Source: a virus (Duplodnaviria > Heunggongvirae > Uroviricota > Caudoviricetes). From it: a stretch of DNA of 64,000 nucleotides. The translations under genes were made by a program, and so were the position numbers. The DNA lies in the IMG/VR virus record IMGVR_UViG_2541047857_000009. The stretch is one strand, 5' to 3'. This document shows, in pieces, positions 37,637 to 48,458 of this stretch (position 1 is the stretch's first letter; each line of letters starts with the position of its first letter). A model generated the notes under the pieces. It saw nothing but the letters and a program-made list of their open reading frames with translations, did not search any database and was not told the origin of the DNA.

Positions 37637-40100
37637 GATATCGAATTTTCCAGGAACGCCTAAGCTGCGTTGCAGGGTGCCAAACGGCACCCTTTTTTAT
37701 GACTGGCTGGCGGCCAATGATGGTAACTTTCACCGCGATCTGCTGATCGTCCGCAACGGCGTAAAGTTGGGCGAAGATGATGAGCTGGCGTTTGAGCTAT
37801 GCGAACTGGACACCGTCCAGATATTCGACCAGCCGAAGGGCATCATTGGCGACATTCTCAGCCCGATCTTCAAAGTTGTCGGCGCGGTATTCTCTTTCCT
37901 TGCGCCAAAGCCGGCGATCGCCAATACAGGCGGCAACACGATTGACTCGCCAAACAATAGCCTGACCGGCCAGACGAATACGGCGCGCGTCTACAAAGCA
38001 AAACCGGACATCTACGGACAAATCCGTTCGTTCCCGGACCTGATTCAGGAGTCGCTTTTCGAATACGTGCGCCAGAGCGACACGGATGGCGGCCTGAAGT
38101 ACGTTACTGAGTGGATGTGCATCGGGATCGGCAAATATGATTACGAGTCTGTGCGTTATTCAGAGTCCAGCCTAGGAAGTATGGCCGGTGCAGAGTTCCA
38201 GTTTTACCAGCCGGGTGAAGTGATCCCTACCATCAACGAAGGCTACGGGTTCGACGACGTGGATGGCCAGGAAGTGCCCGGGCAAAACGAATCGGATAAT
38301 TTCCCGATCGAGACTGCTACGGCTACTACGGTTGTGAGCGGAACTTACTCCGGCGGGCAGATTGCGGTAAAAATTATCAAGCAGGCTGAGTTTGATTACT
38401 TCATGGGCCTGGTCCTGCCGCACGCCGTTACTTTTACGATTAACGTCACCTACAGCACGCCAACCGGCAACGTAACGCAGGATGTCGATTTCTCCGGCAC
38501 GCTGATATCGGCTGTCGAAACAAACGACGGCGCGGTGGTTAACCCGGTCCGGTGGTACACATTCACGATGAGGGATCTAATTGGCCCTCCTGACGTGCCG
38601 GCAACGGCGACTATTAACACGACGAAGTTCATCCTTAACGATAACGAAGCGCTAGTGGTAGGCCCGTTCTTCTCGCCGGTCGAATCTGCCCAGTTATGGC
38701 TGCACACTCAGGTGCAGCTGGGCGGCAAAAAGTCCGCTGACTGGAAGGTCACGATCTGGAAAATTGACGATTACTACAACCAGGTGCCGGGTACTCAGCA
38801 GACGTTCACGTATCATCAGGGGACGCCGCACAAATCATCGAGCGAAGTATTTTACCGTACCGATAAGCTGACGCCGACCGGCGGTTTCGGCAAGTACGCT
38901 ATTAACTTCCAGCGCACAGATAACTCGAGTGATGCCTCTATCCTGAAGGTTGAGGAGATCCACTCGGTCAACGTCAGAACCAACGTCGTGCATCCAACCG
39001 ATACGCTGGTGCGCGTGAAGGTAAGGGCGACGGAGAACGCCCTGGGCAGCCGTGACCGCAAGTACAACGCACTGGTGACGCGTCAGACCATCAGTTACAA
39101 CCTGACGACGCAATCGGTGGATTACACCCTGCGGGCCTCGCGCTCGTTCGCTGATGCAGTGGCGCATACCTGGCTGATTATGGGCGAGCAGCCGGTAAGT
39201 AGCATTGACCTGTACGGGCTGTACTCGATTGCCGAAAGTCTGCCGGATGAGCGCCTGGGTTACTTCGACTACACGTTTGACGACGAGAACGATTCGTTGG
39301 GCGACAGGGTGCAGGCTATCTGCAATGCGGCCTCTGTCATTGCGTACTGGGACGATGGCGTGCTGACGTTTACTCGCGATCAGAAGGTTGAGTACCCGGC
39401 GGCCGTATTCAACCGGGCCAACATGAAGACGGACGAGTACAAAATGACGTACGAGGCCACTCTTCCTGGCGGTTACGACGGCGTGCAGGTGTCCTATGTT
39501 CACCCGACCACGAACAACAAGACGTACATCAACTATCGCGTGCTGAACGGCGCCATTGTCGAACAGGAAGCGCAGAACCCGAACAAGCTCGAGATTGTCG
39601 GCTTCCGTAACGAGTATCAGGCGCGTGAGCGCGCGCTGCGAGAAACCAAACGCCTGATTTACTCACGCGTGAATATGAACGCAAAAGTGTTCGAGGACGG
39701 CATTATCCAGGTCGGTAGCGTCATTCAGATGCCCGACATCTACGACAGCAACCAGCAACAGGGTTACATCACCGGGCGCGCCGGTAATAACTTTGATACC
39801 AGCGAGCCGATCACGTTTACCGGTTCGATGTATGTGCTGGTGACAGACAGCCTGGGTAACCCGACGCTGCGCTATCCAGCGGCGGCGCGTGGCGACACGA
39901 AGTACGGATTCACCGCGGCTATCCCAAACATTCAGCTCAATATCTGGAACGGAGACACTGTGCAGCTCCCGTCGCGCTATCTCATTGCGACAGAGGAGGA
40001 ACTGGACAGCCAGCTATGGACGGTCAACAGCATCAAACCGAACACAGATAACACGGTATCTCTGACAGTCGCGGAATACAGCGACGCCATCTACGAATAA
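37623..40100 (+). CDS. tail tip / host-specificity protein (J-like)
   Basis: 825-aa ORF in distal-tail position. Confidence 0.6.
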   Translation: MALVEISNFPGTPKLRCRVPNGTLFYDWLAANDGNFHRDLLIVRNGVKLGEDDELAFELCELDTVQIFDQPKGIIGDILSPIFKVVGAVFSFLAPKPAIANTGGNTIDSPNNSLTGQTNTARVYKAKPDIYGQIRSFPDLIQESLFEYVRQSDTDGGLKYVTEWMCIGIGKYDYESVRYSESSLGSMAGAEFQFYQPGEVIPTINEGYGFDDVDGQEVPGQNESDNFPIETATATTVVSGTYSGGQIAVKIIKQAEFDYFMGLVLPHAVTFTINVTYSTPTGNVTQDVDFSGTLISAVETNDGAVVNPVRWYTFTMRDLIGPPDVPATATINTTKFILNDNEALVVGPFFSPVESAQLWLHTQVQLGGKKSADWKVTIWKIDDYYNQVPGTQQTFTYHQGTPHKSSSEVFYRTDKLTPTGGFGKYAINFQRTDNSSDASILKVEEIHSVNVRTNVVHPTDTLVRVKVRATENALGSRDRKYNALVTRQTISYNLTTQSVDYTLRASRSFADAVAHTWLIMGEQPVSSIDLYGLYSIAESLPDERLGYFDYTFDDENDSLGDRVQAICNAASVIAYWDDGVLTFTRDQKVEYPAAVFNRANMKTDEYKMTYEATLPGGYDGVQVSYVHPTTNNKTYINYRVLNGAIVEQEAQNPNKLEIVGFRNEYQARERALRETKRLIYSRVNMNAKVFEDGIIQVGSVIQMPDIYDSNQQQGYITGRAGNNFDTSEPITFTGSMYVLVTDSLGNPTLRYPAAARGDTKYGFTAAIPNIQLNIWNGDTVQLPSRYLIATEEELDSQLWTVNSIKPNTDNTVSLTVAEYSDAIYE

Positions 40101-40122
40101 GAACCGTCCCCGACAAACCTAA

Positions 40123-40147
40123 CCCGGCCATCGCGCCGGGTTTTTTT
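40123..40147 (+). terminator. rho-independent terminator between tail-tip gene and tail fibre gene
   Basis: CCCGGC-catcgc-GCCGGG plus T7. Confidence 0.65.
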
Positions 40148-40158
40148 ATGGAATAAAT

Positions 40159-42741
40159 ATGGCCACTACACCTACTAATCTGCCAGTACCTAGCGAATCC
40201 CCGCGCGACCTGAAATTTAACGCAGGGAAAATTGATGAGTTCGTGACTTCATTCGCTCTTAGTTATATTGACCGCTTTGGAGATGAACACTACACGATTG
40301 AAGGATTAAGATGGCTTGCACAGCGGGCTATAGCTGAATTTGGATGGATACCTATCGGGACATTTCAGAGCGGCGCTGTTATAACTCTACCAAATCAAAT
40401 ATTAAAAGATGAAAATGATGGAGAATACTATAGATGGGATGGGCCGCTTCCTAAAATCGTTTCTCCTAATTCAACACCTGATAGTGCCGGGGGAATAGGT
40501 AAAGGCAAATGGATAGGTGTAGGCGATGCCAGCTTACGTAGTGCTATTACTGAGACAACGAAAAAATACACTACATTTACAGACGCCATCAATTCTACTA
40601 TTGATCTAGTTATCGGGTGCGTTATTACTGGTGGAAGAGTTTCCATCAATGACGGAGGTGGCGGCATATACGTCAGGAACGGAACTGGCACGGCAGGAGA
40701 TACAGATGGAGGAAGTTACTTTGTTACCCCTGATGGGTCAAGGTTTGACTTAGTATCACCTGCAAATATTTCAACTTTTGGCGGCGTTCCTGGGCATGAC
40801 TACCGTGCTGCTCTTGACGGTATAAAATCGTATGTTTCAACAAGAGATAAGGTAATTAGAATTAATTCTAAAACTATTGTTAGTATGGTATTTACACCAG
40901 AGATTCCTGCTGGATACTGGAATGGATTCATACTTGACGTAGATGATAGCGTGACAATTAATACCGCAAGCGATGAAGCTGTCAAATCACCATTGGTAAA
41001 ACTTGTCAGACCTGTAAAATTCTTTTTTACTGGTAATAGCACCAGTTATTTATTACGTTCAAGTGTTGGAATTACAAAAGGTGAATATACACCACTTGTT
41101 CCAGGTACATTACCAACTCCGCCGATCATAAAAAATGCAAACTACACAGATAATAAAACGTTATTTTGTGATATTCAGGATAAAGAAACTCCGGTCTTGA
41201 CGGTTTTTACCTCTGGATGGTCTTTTCTGTCAGGTGTATGGCCTATGGGTGTTGTTGCGGATACACCTGCAGCGTCACTGGCTGGGGATGCAGTATCAAT
41301 TCCAGCCCCTACAGGGAATCTTGTTTTTGCTGCATACAGCAGAGTGAAGCCGTGCTCTGAATATTTCTTGTCGATGTATGAGGGTGACAACACCGGTGGT
41401 CTGCCATGCGTTGTGGTTGAAGCTGAAAGTATGCGTTGGATCTATTACGAGGATCATTTTGGACATGGTAATTTAATTGAGGGAACAATTGGCGGAGCAT
41501 ACTCTACAAAAAGCATTGCATATGCTGGATCTGATACTCATGCTTCACAATGGCTAAAAAACAGTATTGCATCCGTTCGTGTTGATACGCTTAAGTCATT
41601 CACTATCCTGGTTAACGGGATAGAGCGAGTTACAATTCGTCAAACCGGGAGAATCATTGGTCGTGTAGGATTTGGATCACTTGGCGATGGCGGTAAGTAT
41701 ATGTCTGTCTTCTATCCATACATTATCGAAAATCGACAATACCGCTCTGCAAAACCGATAAATATCGCTGTTGTAGGCGATTCAATCACTGATGCCTCTA
41801 TGGGAAATGGATGGGTACAGTTCGCGCAACAAGCACTAGAAGGAACTCACGGCATTCGCGTTGGACGTATGCAGACAATTGCAATAAATGGGTATGCATC
41901 AGGAGATATCGCTAATATATTTAATGTCACATCGTTGGATGATATCGATGTAGTGCTTTTCCAAATCGGAGTGAATGATATTCAAAGGCAATCCGGACGA
42001 GAGGCATTACGAAATAACGTTAAGCAGATGATGCTGACTGCAAATAACCTTGGGATTCCCTGCATTGTATCTTTGCCTACACAGTTCTATACCAGAGATC
42101 AGAGTGTTACGTTAACCGGGGTTGCTGGTTATGGACAGCCTTCGGCAAATTACGAGCTTGGGGCGCTTTACAGGGCGATACTTGCCAGCACAGTAGCTGT
42201 TCGTAATACAGAGGTTAATCAGCCGCTTAATGCCCTGAATACTGGTTCTCTTGACGATCTCGGACCAATCGTAGCCGAATATCTCCTGACAAATCAGGAC
42301 CCTGTTGTTATGGACAACATTCACCCGACCACATACGGAAGAATTCTTCTCGGCTTGTCAAATGCCAGAGCTATTGCATCACATATGTTCGGTAGACGTA
42401 ATGATCCTATAATTAACCACTGGATGCCAGGTGCGTGGGGGGCAAATAACTGGTCAGTAACTTCACTGGTTCGTGCTGCTGTAACATCATATCCCGATGG
42501 TAAAATTGCATTAACTGGCACTATCGCTAACATCGGAACAGGTATAACCGCCGACGGTACGACAGTATGCAACCTTCCGTTGAGCATCTCGCCAGTTAGG
42601 AAAATGGCATTTTCTGTTACAAAACTTGATGCAAGTGGCCTCCCTATTGGACAGGGTAATATTGTTATTGATACAAATGGAACTGTTAAAATATACGGAT
42701 TTCAAACGGGGAATGTGTCACTAGACGGGGTGTTATATTGA
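40159..42741 (+). CDS. tail fibre/tailspike with C-terminal SGNH (GDSL) esterase domain
   Basis: 860 aa; SGNH blocks IAVVGDSITD, QIGVNDI and DNIHPT; low GC. Confidence 0.65.
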   Translation: MATTPTNLPVPSESPRDLKFNAGKIDEFVTSFALSYIDRFGDEHYTIEGLRWLAQRAIAEFGWIPIGTFQSGAVITLPNQILKDENDGEYYRWDGPLPKIVSPNSTPDSAGGIGKGKWIGVGDASLRSAITETTKKYTTFTDAINSTIDLVIGCVITGGRVSINDGGGGIYVRNGTGTAGDTDGGSYFVTPDGSRFDLVSPANISTFGGVPGHDYRAALDGIKSYVSTRDKVIRINSKTIVSMVFTPEIPAGYWNGFILDVDDSVTINTASDEAVKSPLVKLVRPVKFFFTGNSTSYLLRSSVGITKGEYTPLVPGTLPTPPIIKNANYTDNKTLFCDIQDKETPVLTVFTSGWSFLSGVWPMGVVADTPAASLAGDAVSIPAPTGNLVFAAYSRVKPCSEYFLSMYEGDNTGGLPCVVVEAESMRWIYYEDHFGHGNLIEGTIGGAYSTKSIAYAGSDTHASQWLKNSIASVRVDTLKSFTILVNGIERVTIRQTGRIIGRVGFGSLGDGGKYMSVFYPYIIENRQYRSAKPINIAVVGDSITDASMGNGWVQFAQQALEGTHGIRVGRMQTIAINGYASGDIANIFNVTSLDDIDVVLFQIGVNDIQRQSGREALRNNVKQMMLTANNLGIPCIVSLPTQFYTRDQSVTLTGVAGYGQPSANYELGALYRAILASTVAVRNTEVNQPLNALNTGSLDDLGPIVAEYLLTNQDPVVMDNIHPTTYGRILLGLSNARAIASHMFGRRNDPIINHWMPGAWGANNWSVTSLVRAAVTSYPDGKIALTGTIANIGTGITADGTTVCNLPLSISPVRKMAFSVTKLDASGLPIGQGNIVIDTNGTVKIYGFQTGNVSLDGVLY

Positions 42742-42777
42742 AGGTAAGGGGTGATAAAACACCCCTATTTTATTGCA

Positions 42778-43863
42778 CTAAATAAAACGCCTTGTAAATT
42801 TTGCTATTTTTTTCTCAATCAACGAGTGAACTAAGCACCCTGTAATAATGCTAAATAACACATAAAAAGCAAGGTACATAAATACACTGGTATGCAGATG
42901 TAGTTCCAGTCGCTCCCACCAGTGCGCAAGCAATGATGTAAATAAGCCATGTATGAGGTATATGCAGTACGAAGCATTACCTAAGTAAACTAATATATTC
43001 GGAGTCTTTACTTTACCCTCAAGGCTAATTGTTGCCCATACGATGTAAAAAGAAAACGCTCCCCATATAAGAGGTCTGTGCCATAAGTTCCCTACATACG
43101 TAGTTATTAAATATTTTTCAAGGATATAAAATAAAGGCAACGAACAAATCAATATAGCAGTAGCAAGTTTGGCGTTAAGAAATATTTTTGATATGTACAG
43201 TCTGTACATAAACATACCCAAAGCAAACTCAATCATTACTGGCTGAGAGATTACCTCAATTGGAGGGAAATACGCTTTAATAAAATTTGCGGCATGCTCG
43301 TTTTTAACTAAAATGTTACAAACGATAACTATTGTCACAAATGAAATTTCTATTTTCTCTATTTTTGAAACGCCAATTGCAATAAAAATAGCGAAGATAG
43401 CATAAAAGAAAAATTCAAACTGAAGAGTCCACCCAACACCTAGTATTGGTCCCTTATCCCAATGGGTGAACGTTATGCTCCTAAAAAAATACACTAAATC
43501 TATTTTATCAGATGGAAACCAAAAAAGTAACGGTCTTGCTGGGGAGGTGATTTGGTATGAAACCAAATAAGAGACATAAACAGCACATGCCGTAAGGATA
43601 ATATATAAAGGAAGTATCCTAACCAATCTTCTTAAAAAGAACTTTGCCGCTGAAATATTAAATGGCCCATCAGCTTTTTTACCTCCATAAGCAATAAAAG
43701 GCATTATAAACCCACTAATTATAAAAAATATATCAACACCTATACCACCAAGGCCTGACATCCTTATTCCATACATTACAATCTCAGAATGTGCAATGAC
43801 GACAATCAATGCGGCAAAGAAGCGCAATACCTGTATGTTATAAATTGTTTGTTTGTTATCCAT
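42778..43863 (-). CDS. acyltransferase family 3 (OafA/OatA-like) integral membrane protein
   Basis: 361 aa, about 10 TM helices, N-terminal LRFFAALIVVIAHS motif; AT-rich; convergent with tail fibre. Confidence 0.7.
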   Translation of the reverse strand: MDNKQTIYNIQVLRFFAALIVVIAHSEIVMYGIRMSGLGGIGVDIFFIISGFIMPFIAYGGKKADGPFNISAAKFFLRRLVRILPLYIILTACAVYVSYLVSYQITSPARPLLFWFPSDKIDLVYFFRSITFTHWDKGPILGVGWTLQFEFFFYAIFAIFIAIGVSKIEKIEISFVTIVIVCNILVKNEHAANFIKAYFPPIEVISQPVMIEFALGMFMYRLYISKIFLNAKLATAILICSLPLFYILEKYLITTYVGNLWHRPLIWGAFSFYIVWATISLEGKVKTPNILVYLGNASYCIYLIHGLFTSLLAHWWERLELHLHTSVFMYLAFYVLFSIITGCLVHSLIEKKIAKFTRRFI

Positions 43864-44177
43864 TTTTTAATAATTGGTAATTACGTGCTTAAGGTTCCAA
43901 AAGATTCCAGTTATTCACTGGGGCTGTAAGATTTTAACATCAATGCTTGATGGTTGACACACTGAATGCAGTTTAATATTTAATAACAACAAAATAATAA
44001 CCAACTGTAATTAGCATGCTATAAATAACGTTGAAGATTACATCTCATGCTTCTATATCGCAGTAAAGTCAACATAGATTAACTTCTGCTTTTCCATCCA
44101 CAACTTTATCTCAAGCTACAACAACAAGTTGCATGCTAACTATTTCACGGTACTTGATGTGCGCTCTGTAAGAGTAG

Positions 44178-44197
44178 TACTGTATGTATAAACAGTA
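44178..44197. promoter_or_regulatory. LexA (SOS) box upstream of umuD'
   Basis: TACTGTATGTATAAACAGTA fits CTGT-N8-ACAG. Confidence 0.8.
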
Positions 44198-44215
44198 TTT
44201 ATGGGAGTGCAAATC

Positions 44216-44587
44216 ATGGAGTCCCAATTCCCCGCAGCAGATTATGCAGTAGAGCGTATCTCACTGGACGGCAGGATCATTACAAGCCCAGCGTCGACAT
44301 ATTTGATGCTGGCAGCAGAGACTATCTGGCGCGCAGGCATTATGAAAGATGCAATGCTTGTCGTGGACAGCGCTGTACATCCCATTGATGGTTCTATTAT
44401 CGTATGCCAGTTCAACGGTGAACTTCGTCTTAAGCGCTTGAGGTTAGCTCCTGCTCGATGCCTTGAAGATCTTAACTATCCAGACCGGCATCAGATGCTG
44501 ACGTCTGAAACTCTCATTATGGGAGTTGTGACATATATCATCAACGATGCCCGTAGTGGTGAGTTTGACGACAGCCCGGTGATCTGA
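44216..44587 (+). CDS. umuD: UmuD'-like protein lacking N-terminal cleavage segment and catalytic Ser
   Basis: Aligns with UmuD from about residue 26; GDSM replaced by ETIW; Lys retained (LKRLRL); GGGAG RBS. Confidence 0.65.
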   Translation: MESQFPAADYAVERISLDGRIITSPASTYLMLAAETIWRAGIMKDAMLVVDSAVHPIDGSIIVCQFNGELRLKRLRLAPARCLEDLNYPDRHQMLTSETLIMGVVTYIINDARSGEFDDSPVI

Positions 44588-45855
44588 TGTTTGCCCTGGT
44601 TGATGTAAATTCATTTTATGCGAGTTGTGAGACGGTATTCAGGCCTGACCTGAAAGGAAAACCGGTTGTTGTGCTGTCGAATAACGATGGCTGCGTGATT
44701 GCGCGCTCTGCTGAAGCGAAACTGCTCGGCGTCAAAATGGGTGACCCGTACTTCAAACAGAAAGACCTGTTCACGCGGTGCGGAGTTGTCTGCTTCAGCA
44801 GCAATTACGAGCTCTATGCGGACATGTCCAACCGGGTGATGACAACGCTCGAAGAGATGTCGCCGCGCTGCGAAATATACTCAATAGACGAGGCTTTCTG
44901 TGACCTTACCGGGGTTCGTAATTGCAGAGTTCTGGAAGACTTTGGACAGGAACTAAAGGACGCTGTATACCGTAACACGCGGCTTGCTGTCGGCGTTGGG
45001 ATAGGGCAGACAAAGACACTGGCGAAACTGGCAAATCATGCTGCAAAACGATGGCAGCACAAGACAGGTGGAGTTGTTGACCTGTCTAACGTCGAGCGTC
45101 AGCGCAAACTGATGGCAGCACTTCCTGTTGATGAGACATGGGGAGTGGGCCGGCGCATTACCAAAAAGCTCGAGGCTATGGGGATCAAGACGGTTCTCGA
45201 CCTGGCTGATACTGACATACGATTTATTCGTAAACATTTTAATGTGGTTTTGGAAAGGACTGTGCGTGAGCTGCGAGGAGAGCAGTGTCTAGAACTGGAA
45301 GAGTTTGCACCCGTAAAACAAGAGATTGTATGTAGCCGCTCATTCGGCGAACGAGTCACTGAATACGATGCAATGCGGCAGGCTATCTGTAGCTACGCGT
45401 CGCGAGCAGCGGAGAAGTTGCGTGGAGAGCATCAGTATTGCCGGTTTATCTCTGCGTTCGTCAAAACGTCACCATTCGCGCTTAATGAGCCATATTACGG
45501 TAACAGCGCATCGGTGAAGTTGCTGACACCGACGCAAGATAGCCGGGACATCATTGCGGCGGCCACTAAGTGCCTTGATGCTATATGGAAAGATGGTCAC
45601 CGATACCAGAAAGCGGGCGTGATGCTCGGAGACTTCTTCAGTCAGGGCGTCGCACAACTTAACCTGTTTGATGACAATGCACCTCGCGTCGGAAGTGAGA
45701 AGCTGATGGAAGTTCTGGATCAACTCAACACTAAAGGCGGGAGAGGTACGCTGTATTTTGCAGGGCAGGGCATCCAGCAGCAGTGGGCGATGAAACGAGA
45801 AATGCTTTCGCCGCGGTACACAACAAGATTTTCCGATCTGCTGCGCGTTAAGTAA
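44587..45855 (+). CDS. umuC: UmuC, Y-family translesion DNA polymerase subunit
   Basis: 422 aa; [15 protein letters not shown]...SIDEAF Y-family signature; ATGA-coupled to umuD'. Confidence 0.85.
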   Translation: MFALVDVNSFYASCETVFRPDLKGKPVVVLSNNDGCVIARSAEAKLLGVKMGDPYFKQKDLFTRCGVVCFSSNYELYADMSNRVMTTLEEMSPRCEIYSIDEAFCDLTGVRNCRVLEDFGQELKDAVYRNTRLAVGVGIGQTKTLAKLANHAAKRWQHKTGGVVDLSNVERQRKLMAALPVDETWGVGRRITKKLEAMGIKTVLDLADTDIRFIRKHFNVVLERTVRELRGEQCLELEEFAPVKQEIVCSRSFGERVTEYDAMRQAICSYASRAAEKLRGEHQYCRFISAFVKTSPFALNEPYYGNSASVKLLTPTQDSRDIIAAATKCLDAIWKDGHRYQKAGVMLGDFFSQGVAQLNLFDDNAPRVGSEKLMEVLDQLNTKGGRGTLYFAGQGIQQQWAMKREMLSPRYTTRFSDLLRVK

Positions 45856-46519
45856 CGAGTTCAATCAACTCCGGCCCCTGATTTTTCACATTACCAACGG
45901 AGCGCGTCACGGCGTGCCAGATAAACTTGTCGGCGGAAACCGCTCCGTCGGCTGCTATCTCTTCCGCTTCTTTCCCGCCTATATCCTGGCGCATCCACTC
46001 ACGGGCCGCTTCAGGTGACAGAACAAGCGGCCGTCTGTCGTGAATGTCGACCAGTCCTTTATCAGCTGCAGATGTCACTATCAGAAAGCCCTCAGCGTCA
46101 TCACCGCGCTCAAATGGCGTGCTGCCTATAGCTGCCATAAAGATTGGCTGACCGTCGGCACGGTGAATGAAGTAGGGCTGTTTCTTGTCGCCTTCCTTTT
46201 TCCATTCGAACCAGCCATCAGCAAAGCAGATCGCCCGGCCATGTTGCCAGAGAGGTTTGAACATTCGGCTGGTGGCTGCGGTTTCGACGCGTGAGTTAAT
46301 CAGCGGCGGTTTATCCCACCACCCGGGAGCGTATCCCCAGAACACTGGATCGAGATGCAGCTGCTCGTCGCGTTCGCTCAGCAGCAGAACTTTGGTGCCT
46401 GGCGCAACGTTGTAGCGTCCAATCGGCTCCGGGTCGTACGCGATGTCGCGATCGGCTTCATCCGCCAGGTAAGCCAGGTATTCTTCACGCGTTTGAGCTT
46501 GTGCAAAACGTCCACACAT
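45848..46519 (-). CDS. SOS response-associated peptidase (SRAP/YedK family)
   Basis: 223 aa starting MCGR with catalytic Cys2; 3' end overlaps umuC by 8 bp. Confidence 0.75.
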   Translation of the reverse strand: MCGRFAQAQTREEYLAYLADEADRDIAYDPEPIGRYNVAPGTKVLLLSERDEQLHLDPVFWGYAPGWWDKPPLINSRVETAATSRMFKPLWQHGRAICFADGWFEWKKEGDKKQPYFIHRADGQPIFMAAIGSTPFERGDDAEGFLIVTSAADKGLVDIHDRRPLVLSPEAAREWMRQDIGGKEAEEIAADGAVSADKFIWHAVTRSVGNVKNQGPELIELVT

Positions 46520-46681
46520 AGGAACCTCCAGCCAGATGTCAGACTGAAAGTATAGGGTAGGGAGAAAAAACTGGTGCGCACCGAAACTCTATGATTTTGA
46601 AACAGGGGCATGATGATGGAAGTCATCGAGGCGGTAAAGCGGGGTTTTGCGAAACTGGAAGGAGCTACGCAAAACGCAGCT

Positions 46682-46726
46682 GAAAAAAAAGCACGCTTCG
46701 TACAAAGTGTACATTAAAGCGTGCTT
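46682..46726 (-). terminator. terminator downstream of yciB
   Basis: 10-bp stem AAGCACGCTT/AAGCGTGCTT with nested GTACA..TGTAC loop, T-tract on minus strand. Confidence 0.6.
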
Positions 46727-46793
46727 TTAATCATAATTTCATGTCAATATCATAACTAACTAATTGAAATTGATGTGTTTTAAGTGTTATTTA

Positions 46794-47330
46794 TTACTTC
46801 TCTTCCTGCGGCATGTGGCGGTAGATATAGATACCGCTTAACAATGTGAAGATTAAGGTAAGGGCGGTCAGGCCAAAGACTTTAAAGTTGACCCAAATAT
46901 TTTGCGGCAGCCAGAATGCGATGTAGATGTTTGCCAGACCGCAAAGGATAAAGAAAACAGCCCAGGCCAGATTCAGCTTCGACCATACCGATTGCGGCAG
47001 GGTGAGTTCTTTACCCAGCATCCGCTGAATTAGCGGCTTTTTCATCACCCATTGGCTGACTAACAGGGCACCCGCAAACAGGGCATAAATGACAGTAACC
47101 TTCCATTTAATAAACTCATCATTGTGGAAGAACAGCGTCAAGCCACCGAAGACGACCACCAGAACAAAAGTGATCAGGGCCATCTTCTCAACCTTACGAA
47201 AGCGAACCCAGCTATATATAAGCACAATCGCCGTGGCGACGATGAGCGCCGCAGTAGCCGCATAGATGTCATAAATCTTGTAAAACGCGAAAAAGACAAC
47301 CAGCGGTAAAAAATCAAGAAACTGCTTCAT
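46794..47330 (-). CDS. yciB: YciB intracellular septation protein
   Basis: 178 aa, near-identical to E. coli YciB as recalled. Confidence 0.85.
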   Translation of the reverse strand: MKQFLDFLPLVVFFAFYKIYDIYAATAALIVATAIVLIYSWVRFRKVEKMALITFVLVVVFGGLTLFFHNDEFIKWKVTVIYALFAGALLVSQWVMKKPLIQRMLGKELTLPQSVWSKLNLAWAVFFILCGLANIYIAFWLPQNIWVNFKVFGLTALTLIFTLLSGIYIYRHMPQEEK

Positions 47331-47359
47331 TTTACGATTCCGTAATCAAATGCTTAAGG

Positions 47360-48103
47360 TTATTGGCGAATCAACATATACAGGCGGAACAGATAGATGA
47401 GCAATACGGCTGAAATCAGGTTGCTCAAGGTGTTCGCCAGTACGGCACCAATTTCCGGGGTTAATGCGGCAAAAGAAGAGGCAAAAAGCAGCAACAGTGT
47501 TTTTGCCAGCAACCAGCTCAGTACTGCGGGTGCCACCAGACGCATATTCGCCCATGTCAGCCGCATACTGCTACGCATCGAGGCAAAAACGCCCATTTTG
47601 TCCTGTACCAGCATCACCGGTGCCAGAGCCAGTAAAATGGCCATGATAATTCCCGGAACGACCACCAGCATGATGCCAATCTGTACTAAAAGGGTAGTCA
47701 GAAAAATCAGAATAAATAACTTTGGTAATATCGGCGCACTGGCACCAATAGCTCGCAGCGCACTGACTCTCTGACCCGCAGACACCAGCTGGATAATTAA
47801 TATTACGCCCCCGGCGAGAATGGCGTTACCGATTAATCCTGAAAAAGTGGACGCCGCTGAAGCCTGCAGCAAAATTTGTTGCTGTTCCGGTGACATATTC
47901 TGAACCAGGTCGAACAACCCACTACTGCCGCTAACGGGTACGCCGTCATTGAGCTGCGCAAGCTGTGCATCACTGGGTGAGAAAACATGCCCTAACACCA
48001 CTGTGATAAACGCACATAGCAACGATACCAACAGAATGGTCATAAATTGATTACGGAAAAAATTTCCGGTGTCACGGTATACGGACTGCGCCGTGATAGA
48101 CAT
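47360..48103 (-). CDS. yciC: YciC (UPF0259) inner membrane protein
   Basis: 247-aa polytopic membrane protein in conserved position. Confidence 0.8.
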   Translation of the reverse strand: MSITAQSVYRDTGNFFRNQFMTILLVSLLCAFITVVLGHVFSPSDAQLAQLNDGVPVSGSSGLFDLVQNMSPEQQQILLQASAASTFSGLIGNAILAGGVILIIQLVSAGQRVSALRAIGASAPILPKLFILIFLTTLLVQIGIMLVVVPGIIMAILLALAPVMLVQDKMGVFASMRSSMRLTWANMRLVAPAVLSWLLAKTLLLLFASSFAALTPEIGAVLANTLSNLISAVLLIYLFRLYMLIRQ

Positions 48104-48458
48104 GCACTCTCCTTGAGTTTTATGCAGGTGTTAATTAGCGGGCAATTGTACCCTGGTTAAGCCCCGGGTGGCAGCATCAGGTCTTGTATGGAAAAGCATA
48201 TCTTTGTAAAGCGGAGGTAATTGCTGGCCTTCAGGCGTGGGCAAACCGCTGAAAGTGGCGAGCGAGTTAATATTTGCGTAGCGAAATATATAAAAATTGA
48301 TTTAAATCACATTAACCAGGATTTTCAATGCAACTTCTAAATTAATCCAGATCAATAAAGGGTGAATTACCATATGTAATGTGATCTGTGTAGGATCATT
48401 TGTTACCCCAATGTGGGTATATTCGTCACGTTTTTATAACCATAACGACGGAGCGGAT

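Larger units (their letters stand above)
1..46519. mobile_element. Lambdoid prophage 1 (partial; integrase end lies left of window; right boundary approximate, includes cargo genes)
   Basis: Contiguous early-left, immunity, replication, nin, lysis, terminase, head and tail modules; ends before yciB terminator. Confidence 0.8.

Noticed and set aside
38835-39503. 222-aa minus-strand ORF inside the tail-tip gene
   Set aside because: Shadow ORF; no start context and fully antisense to a long structural gene
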